64,000 bases of DNA from Antedon mediterranea. Taxonomy: Eukaryota > Animalia > Echinodermata. A program made the translations under genes and the position numbers. Location of the stretch: positions 1,917,812-1,981,811 of the forward strand of contig NC_092675.1 of the NCBI RefSeq assembly GCF_964355755.1. Direction: 5' to 3'. Every line of letters begins with the position of its first letter. Within the stretch, counting starts at the first letter, position 1. Under the pieces are notes generated by a model. It did not search any database, was not told the DNA's origin, and saw only the letters and a program-made list of their open reading frames with translations. Positions 24,101 through 35,833 of the stretch are shown piece by piece.

Positions 24101-24671
24101 GTAATAATATCAAACTTTATAAAATGTTCTTGTCCAAATTCTCCCCCACACCTACAAACACAACATACCACCAGATGAAAACATAGTCACATTATATTAA
24201 CCTTTCTATTGAGTATAAATAATTATGATTAACTATAAGTCAACAAGCAAAAAGTTTACAAAAATATATACTGTAAGCACTCGATTTAGACAACGATTAA
24301 GTAATTACTAGAAATACTATTATCATGTACTTTTGATAAATTAAACGGCGTTACCTTACTTTGAAAATAGTTAGTAATTATATACAACGACGATACACAG
24401 TAGACTAAGACAACAAATTAACCAAAATGATTAACCAGGAGAAAAGAAAAAGGAAATAGTTAGGCCATCCCTGTGTATAATAGTCACACACTAGCAAGTC
24501 CATGCACTAAGTTAGCCCAGGGAAGAGTGAAATTTCACCCTTCCCTGGTTAGCCTATTTAGTTGTTTCCTTTTGTAGTTTTGCTGAGTTTCATTGCAAAC
24601 TACCAGGGCCATCTTCAGTCAAACAAATTCAAAATTAATATTGTTGATATCGTCTCCTAATGATAGAAGTT

Positions 24672-27600
24672 TTAAACATCAAACATACCCTCTTCTTTAC
24701 TTCTCACGTAATATCCCCAATAACCAATGTTAAATATCATAAAGGTTAGAGGAAAGGCAAATCTACAGAACATATCGATCTTTTTACCAAAGAGATAACT
24801 ATCCTCTTTCTTGTCGGTATGACAACAAGATCCAAGAATGGATACTTCGCCGTGTTGGTTTGCTTGTGTATCGTAAGGTGGTGAACCAGGAGGAGTCACT
24901 GGATCGTGATAGTTTTTCCTTCGGTGGTCGTAGCGTTGACGTCCATCGTTTTCATTGTCATCAAACGTTTTATCGACTATTGTTAGTTTTATGCAACTTT
25001 CGATTTCGGCATTATCAGATATATCGTACTAAAATTGAAAAAGATATATTTTAAAGTATGTAAATATAGGCATAACATTATTAAAATAGCATTCAAAAGC
25101 GTCTAATATTATGATTGCTGTAAATGTAAAAGCGCGACCTCTATCGCTCAATGATTGCAACTTTTTATGCAGATCTATAATGACAATGAAAATAATATAT
25201 TGTACATTCTTTCAAACTCATCTTTAGAATTACACATGCTAGGAAACCAAATTGGAAAACAATAATGACAAAATTGATTCTGAAAATAAACTATAAAAAA
25301 TTTTGAATATCTTTAGATAATAAAATAGAATTTAATAGAAATGGCAGACTTAATTAAATTGGACATAATGTAGTTGTATGGCAGAATTGTATAAATAGGA
25401 GAAGTAGAATATAGAACTTTTAAAGTGTATTACCACAAAAAATAACCCTTTTTTATGAAGGTTTGTGTAAAGGTTCATTTTATTAAGATATTATATATTT
25501 AGAGCCAGGCTAGTAATGTTGATTTTGTAGGGTTAGTCCCAGCATAGTTTTTTCACAAGTATTCTCAAACGCACTAGGAGAAAATGAAAAGTTCTAACTA
25601 ACTTTATACTACACAGTGTATTACTAAAACAATTTCAGCATATAAAACCGATCAGATTTATAAATTATTTTCACATTTACGTGAATAAAATTAACAGCAA
25701 CGAAGTCTTTTTTAATCCAATTTACTCATTATGTAGAAAGTGCGCCCTCTATTGTCTAAATTTGTTTTATTTTGATTATCTCAAAAATCAAGATTTTAAA
25801 CGTTTATATCTTTAAAAAGCCCCCACGTTAGTCCGATCAACAACCAGATTCGTAATCTACGTCAAAAAATGCACTAGAAAAAGTTGATTTGGAAAATTCT
25901 GCAGAAAAGTGACACCTGCCTCCAGATCCGACTGGTCTATAGGAGGTACAATTGCTTAACATTTTCTACAAACATCATTTACCTTCGTTGGAGAGTTTGT
26001 CCATTGGTTCTTCTTCTTTACTTTTGTCACAGAGAAATGATGTACAATAGCAAATTCTAGTAAGGCGCCAATGACAAATATTAAACAGACGGCAAACCAA
26101 ACGTCAATAGCCTGAAGGTGAAACAGAAATGCCACATGGATGTTCAGTTTACTTGTCGATCAATAGAATAATCTGCAGCATATGTTGTTGCTTTGTAACA
26201 AATCAACTTCTTAAACACAGACAAATATGTTTCAAATAATATTCTTTCAGTTTTTACACAGTTTTTTCCTACTATGAGAATATGAAAGTAATATAGAAAT
26301 TATATCATAAATAAATAACATTCAGCATATTTGGTAGTGGAGCTGTAGTTTGGTGGTTATCGTGCTTGCCGTCCAATCCCAACGTCCAGTCAATCCTGAC
26401 CTAGTGCCAGGGTTCTAACTCTCAACCCCACTCCCTAATCCTCAAATGAGACATAGTTTATAAGCACGATACATTTTAAAATAGTTTAGCCATACTGCAA
26501 TTTGCGAGTTACTCGCTGTTGGATGCGTATGGAAAAAGTAAATAAATAAAAGACTTAATACGATATACAAAATCAGTATTACTTTTATTCGTTAATTATT
26601 GCAAACACATGCTCCATAACTCAAAAATGTATTGTAGATGGAGAAGTATCCTATATATTTAAGCTTAGAGTTTGCGAATTTTCTTCTTCTTTTTTTTCTG
26701 TTTTTACGTTTGTTGATATGGATGGAATTTCCGAAATAAAAGAAATTGAATTGAATTAATTCAGCCACGTTTTCTTTTTCATATTTTGTGTATTATTTTG
26801 CAGTACTTACTTTAACGTATGATACGTGCGGGAGGTCCTCTCGCACTCCATTGGTAGCCGTGATCATCGTAAGTACTGTTGTCACACCCAATGCAACACG
26901 TGCTGGAGAGCTCTTGATCTCAATCCAGAATGACACCCATGACATAACGACAAGTAGAATGCTAGGGATATACGTCTGCAGTAAATAATACCCTATGTTC
27001 CTACTAAACAGATATTCAACTACGATACAGGAATATGCACCTATAAACATAAATAATAACAATATTACTTATCAATGTAAATGGTTTTTAAAGTAAAGTA
27101 AAACAGGATAAAGGAAAGTTAAATTTCCAATAAATAATCTTGAATTGCTTATAATTATTTCAACGAAAACCAAATCGAGCATATTTTATTTGAGTTTGTA
27201 TCCAGTATTAAAATGCTTCATTTAAAATAAGTATAATATACTTATATCGATGTCGTCTTAATTCTTTAAATCAAGACCAGTTATTGCACAATATTATTAA
27301 ATAATTATTATAGTTAAATTAATAAATGGCAACAACCACTTCTTCAAAACGTCTCAATAAGGAGTATTGTCTCCTTTAAGAGACATAAATTAAATCTAGT
27401 CTACAATTAGTTTTAGTATTTCCCCTTGAGTACAAATTCCCATTAAGTACCAATTGGCAAGTTAGTAACTAATTAGTCTAAATTAAAATCTGTATTAGAT
27501 TAAACTGTTAATTATTTCAATCGAAATATTTAGTGTATACTAAGTTTAGAAACAATTGCATTTTTAATTGATTAGGTAGTGGCGTTCTATAACATAATAT

Positions 27601-30600
27601 AGGTCATAAAATGATACGTGTTTACCATATCCTTGCTTCCCATCTAACATCACCCGATTATCTGTACTGTATCTCGTATTTAAAATAATACAGTGTAACA
27701 TATGTATCACATGTAGCGCATGTTAAGATTAAGGTAAGGTTAGGCGTATGGCATATCCTAGAGGCGTCACATGTGATACATTATGATACTGTATGTTAGG
27801 TTAGGCTTATGACATATCATACATGTGTCACATGTGATACAATATGATACTGTATCAAAGAATTTGCATTGATACTGTAACAAAGTAATGAGAACTGTCT
27901 ACCCACCCCTTAAAACAATGTCACTGATTACCTGTCTTTAATACTTTATTACACGTTCCAATATGAATACCAGATATATCATACTGTGGTAGTTTCATGT
28001 GATTGCCATGGAATTCAGCAGGTTCGTCATCTACCCATCGATACTGTAGTTCATCTTCAGTGTATTTAACTAAAACAAAATTGCGATATGTTTATATTAG
28101 AGCCATGCCTACTATGGTGCAGTACATGTATATCTGCAAGAGTGTATGTTTTCTGTTTGTCTGTTGGTTCGTATACAAAAATATCAAAATTATGTTGCTG
28201 AATCTTTATGGAAGTTTGCTTTGAACATCCTTCAAAACAAATTTAGACTATGGATATTTAGTTTATATTTATCCTTCAATTTCTACCAATGAATTCTAAT
28301 GAGACCACTTTGATTAAGGAATCATCACATAATATCAATTCTATTAAGTTTAAAAATTGCACAAGTGATCGTTTTGAACGAATGCTTGTTTTTCTTGTAA
28401 TAGTACAGTGATATTTGCATTTTGTGAACTTCTTCGTAGATGTAGAAGGTACATTACTTAAAAGGCACTTTATAGATGAATTCATTAATTTCCAATAACA
28501 CTTATTGACTAAGTAAATATTAAGCAAAGGCTAAGTAAATATTGAATGTATAATTCTACTCAACAACATACATGACTCCATCTCCATTTCACACTTCTGC
28601 TGATCCAGCGGGAAATGATGGAAATCCATAGCACATGATAAAACAAGACTTAACCTGAAATATAATATGGAACTAACAATTACCAATATATGTAGATAAT
28701 GGGATAAAAGGCAGTTATAAAATGTAATATTAGACTTAGACTTAGAATATTAATAATAACACATGTTATCTGTGTTATTTATTCGTTCGTTATAATGCAA
28801 TATCAAGCCTTTATATTTTTATAATAAGTAGTTTCACTTTTTCACATGGTGTATAGGAGGCCTAAGTCGTGTATTAAATAATTTAACATATATAGGCCTA
28901 CTGTATAATTATATACATGCATTTGAAAATGTAACTTTTAAAATTATAACTACGCCAGGATTTTTTAGCTTTACAAAATAAACATTTACTTATTTTCCAT
29001 GTGTAGTGAAAAAACATATAAAAATTAGTGTATGCATCATTATTTATCCTTATCCTTTTTAACATTGTTTATACCTTGTGATATACAGAACCTCTCCATT
29101 TTCACTAATATTAACAACTTTGTTTAAAAACGTGATGTCGTGGAATTTTGCTTCCTTGGCATTGGTAAAGATAATGTCAGGCAGCCATATATCATCAATA
29201 ATATGGGAAGTAGGTGGCAGAATTATTCCTTCGTGACGAAGGCGCGTATCAACCCATCGTTGGCGCAAGTGAAGCGTCAATGAGTAATCCTATTGAATAA
29301 CGAAATAGTAAAAGTTTATGGATTTAAATTTAAATTTGTTTAATAAAATATAATGATAATAAACATTTTTAAAAACTACTCTACTCGAGCTTATAGTTTA
29401 CACTTGGACGCAACGCAACGTGATCGAAAGCGTACAGATCCACGCGTCGCGCTACTTGCGTTGCGCGCTACTTGCGTTACGTTACGCTACTTGCGTTGCG
29501 TTACGCCATTTGCGTTGCACTACTTGTGTTGTGCTACTTACGTTACGCAAGGAACCAAGCTGTATAGTGCAATAAACACGTGTATTTCCGTACAAATTAT
29601 AAAAAAACATCTGTAATAATTGTGAAAGCTAGTTTTTGTAACAATTTGAGGAATTGTTGGTGGTATTGGGTTGCTACACATTATTCTTACCATATGTGAT
29701 TCCCTAACACTATCAAAACTTGCTACGTAGATATCAACGCGAACGTCTGTTGGTCGACCAGCTGGAATAACAAGAGTAATACGTTTATTGAAAGCGAATT
29801 ATTTCATTGTTAATAGTGACAAGTTGGTCCAGTTTTCCTAACTAAAATACAGACAAACAAAATCTTAATGAATTATAAGTCATTCGCGGTTAAACAATGT
29901 ATTGGTACTTGACATCATTTATTAATAAGGAAAAAATAATGAGTTGATCATGATTGGTCATTGAACGATATAAGCCACGCCTTCAAACAAACTTCTACCA
30001 ATGACGAACGTGCACTGTGCATACGTTTTGAAATAAATAAATTATAGTACATTTTATTCCAGGTTATTCAACTAAGTTTCAAAATTAGGCATTTAGAATT
30101 AAAATTATAAACTCGTAAATCAACTCAATTCCAATTTGGTGCATTATACGTAATTCCTTGCTAAGTAAGATTTGATAACACCCCACGATAAACATTCATA
30201 AAATAACTCACTTCCAAAGTTTGGCCTAATTGATTTATCGTAACCGTTAGTCAAACGCCGAAACGTTTCTATCGTTTCGTTTTCTTGCTTAATATTGCGT
30301 TCCACTTCCACCGTTTCCACATCTTCTCCTGTTTCTCTTATTCGTCTGCATAACACACAACTGTAAAATAAATGAATTTCGCGTTACAAGCGTATAAAAA
30401 CCGTTCTGAATGAACCTTAGTTGGCACATGCAAATTAACCGTACGAATTTCAGTTAATTGTGGAATACTTATCGATATTAACAATCAACTTATTAGAAAG
30501 AACAAATAAAAATGGCGAATGCTTAATATGAACTTAAATGCAAATAACGTAACACGATACCGAGGTTAATAATAATAAAGAAATAATTCAACAGTGACGT

Positions 30601-33600
30601 GTAGGCCTAAACTCTATTGATTCAGTAAACAATATTAATACGGAGGTCATAATACAGTGGCTATATAGACACAATAAATGAAGAACACGAAATAGTCTAT
30701 TCATAGACATCATTAAATAATCGATTATCAATGCAAATTGAACTCTACGGCTATATGTATTGTGTCAAAATTAATAACTGTTTACAAGCAATATTTCCCT
30801 CCTGTAGAAGCAATCGGTTGAGTGTGTTGATGAGTTTATTAAATTAAACTAATAATGTAATGCAAATTAAACAGCGATGGTCAAAAGATGATAACTGATG
30901 ATACTGTTAATACTAGCCTATCTCAATCTCTAGAAGATGGTGTGTAGGGCAGCGGGAGAATGGTTCTATCTTGATAAAGTGATAAAGTGTTCTATAAAAG
31001 GTGATAATGATAATAGATGAAAACAAGTTTGTTTCTGAGTGTCCTGTAGAAGGTGATAATGGTAGTTGATGATAGAATATTGTTTGTGAGTGTCCTGTAG
31101 AAGGTATTAATAGTAGTTGATGATAGCATGTTGTTTCTGAGTGTCCTGTAGAAGGTATTAATAGTAGTTGATGATAGCATGTTGTTTATGAGTGTTCTGT
31201 AGATAATAATGGTAGTTGATGATAGCATGTTGGTATTGTTTTAGTGAACATGATGAAATTGGTACAGTTTAAGATATTAAATATTTGGAAGATGATGGTA
31301 AAATTGTTTAATGTGTTATAATTTTCTGATATTTCAAACTCTCATAACTGACACACTGAATATTATTAGTTTCATGGATTTCTCGTATAATAATATATTA
31401 AGGTAAATTACACTATAATATACTATAATACTGTATCATGCCTTTAAAGTCTCTTTATATCATAGTATAACCAATTATGCCCATCGTATTATACTTTCTC
31501 AGTCGAATTCTCAAGTTCAAAAGATACGAAAATTGAATTATTTATTCATTGTTTGTCTTTGTCATGATAATGTTGCCAGCAAACTGCGGTCATCATGGAT
31601 ACCGTTATAATTATATTAACGTATTAAGAATACTTATAGAGATGAAAACGGAAGGGTTCTAATTATTGAAATGATAAAAAATGATTGTCAATTTACAATA
31701 ATAAATATCTATGCACCTAACACTGAGCAAATGCAGATTAAATATTATGAGAACTTAAAAAATATAATCATTGAAAAACATAACAATGGGTGGGAAAATA
31801 TTATACTTGGTGGAGATTTTAACTGTACATTAAATGAAGTAGATAAAAGGGGGGGATCTACCAAACAAAAACAAAATGTAGTCGATAAAATTATAGAAAT
31901 TATAGATGCCTTTGACTTAATTGATATATGGAGAGATATGCATCCATTGGAATGTAGGTATACATGGAGACAACGTAAACCCCTGGTACAATGCAGATTA
32001 GATTATTTTCTAATAAATAATAGTATGAAAGAATTTACTATAAACAGTGATATCTTTCCAAGTTTACGAACCGATCATTCGGCGGTTTCAATTACAATCC
32101 AATTACAAAAAGAATCTAATAGAGGGCCAGGTCACTGGAAATTCAATAACTCGCACTTAAATGATATTAATTATATAAATGAAATGAACACGCATCTAAG
32201 GGAGTGGATTGAAAACAACGAAATATCAGACGAGCAAGTCAAATGGGAGTGGCTAAAATTTAAATGTAGGGAAAAAACGATTAATTATTCCAAAAAACAA
32301 TGTAAAAAAAATAAAAATAAAATAGAAGAACTGAATTTGAAAATGATCCAACTGGACATTAAAGTCGCAGAAGATCCAAGTGAAATAAATTTATTAGAAT
32401 TAGAGAGAGTTAAACTGGAGCTAGAGGAGCTGGATGCACAGCTGATCAATGGCCTTATTGTAAGATCGAGGATTAAATGGGCAGAAGAAGGAGAAAAAAG
32501 CAATAAATATTTCCTAGGTTTAGAAAAAAGGAATAATAGAAAAAAACAATGTAAAAAAATAATAACAGATGCAGAGATAGAAATAACTAATCCACAAGAT
32601 ATATTAAATTTACAAAAAGATTATTACGAAAAAATATACAAATCGAATACTCAAATAAATGAAAGTCTTACAGATAACAGTTTTTTCAATAGCGAAAGTA
32701 TCCCAACTTTAACTGAAGAAAGTAATATAATCTGTGAAGGAGACCTGACAATTCGAGAATGTTACAATGCCCTAAAAAGCATGCCACAAAATAAAAGCCC
32801 TGGTAATGACGGTTTATCAAACGAATGGTATTTAAAATTCTGGGATATTATAGGTCCAATAATGGTAAAAACACTTAATATAGGTTTAAATAGCGGAAAA
32901 ATGAGTACCTCACAGAGACAGGCGGTAATAACTCTTATTGAAAAAGAAGGCAAAGACCGATGCAAATTAAAGAATTGGAGACCCATATCATTACTAAATG
33001 TGGACTACAAAATAGCATCGAAAGCACTATCCACTAGATTGAGCCAGTTTATTCCTTCCCTTATCCACATTGATCAAACCGGTTTTGTAAAGGGCCGATA
33101 CATTGGCGAGTCAGTACGAACAATTGAAGATATTATGGAGTTTACCAAAATAAAAAATATTCCAGGAATTATGCTTTTTTTGGACTATGAAAAAGCATTC
33201 GATTCGCTTGAATGGGGTTTTTTGTTTCAGGTTTTAAAAAAAGTAAACCTCGGAGAAAAATTTATTCAATTCATAAAAGCATTATATACTGATATAAGTA
33301 GTTGCGTGATAAATAATGGGCAGTCATCAAGTTATTTTCCAGTTGGAAGGGGTGTACGACAGGGTGACCCCCTCAGCCCTTACTTATTTATCCTATCAAT
33401 AGAATTACTAGCATGTGCCATACGAGACGATAAAACTATTAAGGGGATTGCAGTAAATAATAGAGAAATTAAAATAACTCAATATGCAGACGACTCCACA
33501 TGCTTTTTGAAAGATGAAGTGTCAGCAAAAAATATAATTAACTTAATAGAGAAATTTTCAAAAATATCGGGCTTGAAATTAAATATAAGCAAATCGCAGG

Positions 33601-35801
33601 CTATATGGCTTGGTTCAAATAGGCGATGTAAAAACAAACCAATACATATGCAATGGCCACAACAACCAGTAAAAGCATTAGGAGTTTACTTTTCTTATAA
33701 TGAAAGACAACGGGAAAAATGTAATTTCGAAACGAAAATTAAACAACTAAAAACAATATTAAACATATGGAGAACCAGACAACTAACCTTAGCAGGAAAA
33801 ATAATTTTAATTAAAACATTCGCAATATCCCAATTTATATATTTAGCATCTGTCATACATATACCGCCCCATGTAGTTAAATCAGTTGAAACAATTCTAT
33901 TTAATTTCTTATGGAACGGTGGTAAAGGTATGATAAAAAGAACAACATTAATTGGGAATATTGAAGAAGGCGGCTTAAAAATGGTAGATATCAAAAGTAT
34001 GTTTAAGGCATTAAAGATAAAATGGATACAACGATATAACATAAATGTCAATGCAGCATGGAGATCTCTACTACATAGGTTCCTAAATAAGCAAGGAGGC
34101 GACACTATTTTTTATTGTAATGTAAGCGCGGACTGTGTCCGTAGTTGGAAAAATATTCCATTGTTTTATAAGGATATGTTAAACGCTTATTTCGAATTAA
34201 TACATCCTGATACAGTAAACGAAGGGTCCCAATATACATGGTTTAATAGGCACATGCATATACATGGCAAGCCATTTTGTTACAAGAGCCTCAGAGATGT
34301 TGGGATATGTTTAGTAAGCGACCTTTTTTATGAAAACGGTAATATCATTCCCTTTAATACGTGGATAAAGAGAGGCTTATCGACAAGTAATTTCATGCAC
34401 TGGAGAATGACGATATCTGCAATACCCCCACAGTGGAAAGCAAACATGAAGCTAGGGTTTTTACGAACAAATTATAAAAAGAGAGGGTTTATAGTGGAAG
34501 TAAAGAATGAAGAGAAAGAATTAGAAAGTATGAGTACAAAAAATATATACAGAGCCTTAATTAAAAAAATCTTTAAAATACCAACATCTCAAAGTAAATT
34601 GCAGGATGAATTAGGTGTAGATAGCGATAAATGGGAAAATATATATGTATTACCATTTAAATGTTCTCAGGAGGTAAGAACCAGAATATTTCAGTATAAA
34701 ATTAATGTGAATTGCTTGTCAACTAATAGTAGACTACATAAAATGAATATTGTGCCGAGTAATATGTGTTCCTATTGTGAATCAAATAGTGAAACTATGA
34801 CCCATCTTTTGGTTGAATGTAACATTGCAACCAAACTATGGGATGAATTCACAACTTGGTGGGAAAACATTTCAAAAACAAAGATTTACCTTGATAAAAC
34901 CTCCATATTATTTGGTTACAATACAGAAAATCCTGATATGTTATTAAATCTATGTATTTTGTTGATTAAGAAAATTATATTTAGTTACAAATTAACTCAC
35001 AAAAAGCCAGTCTTCCAGGTTTTCTTTAATCGGTTAAAATTTAATTATAACGTAGAGAAAAACATTGCTTCTAAAAGAAGTACATTGTATAATTTCAGAC
35101 AAAAGTGGAGATTAATAGAAGATTATATTTGATAACTTAACGATACTGTTTCTCGAGGAAATGACTTACTTTTGTGTATTATTATTATTATTATTACGCT
35201 TGCTCTTTATTATTGTATTAAATTAAAATGTAAACCAGAAATTATTATTTGCACTTGTTAGATATATTTAAGTATTTATTATAGGCATACTATTAGTTCC
35301 TTGGTTACAATACAGATAATTAAAAATATGTATTTTATTAATATATATGTATTATTTTAAAGAAACAAAAATGGTTATGTTGTTAAATGTATGTATCTGA
35401 TTTTAATTAACACAATTATATTATAGTTCCTTGGTAATAGTACAGATTAAGATATATTTGTGTGTATGTATGTGTATGTATAAATATGTGTATTATTTAT
35501 TATTGCTATGTAAAGACAAAAAAAAAATTAATATGTTAGTAAATGTATATCTCTGGCTAATTTGATTAATACAATTATATTTAGTTAGATTAGTTACATA
35601 ATTGTGGAAAACACAGCATTTACCAAATTAATTAATTATTTACTTTAAAAAAAAAATGGAATTAATAATTTATAGTTTTTAATATTGTTTGATCACTGTA
35701 AGTTACTTTATTTAAACGTTCATATCTTTTTGATACCTATTACTTTATATTTAAGTGATTTGTGTTATGGTTGTATTTTTTGAAATGAATAAAAAAAAAT
35801 G

Positions 35802-35833
<32 letters not shown>

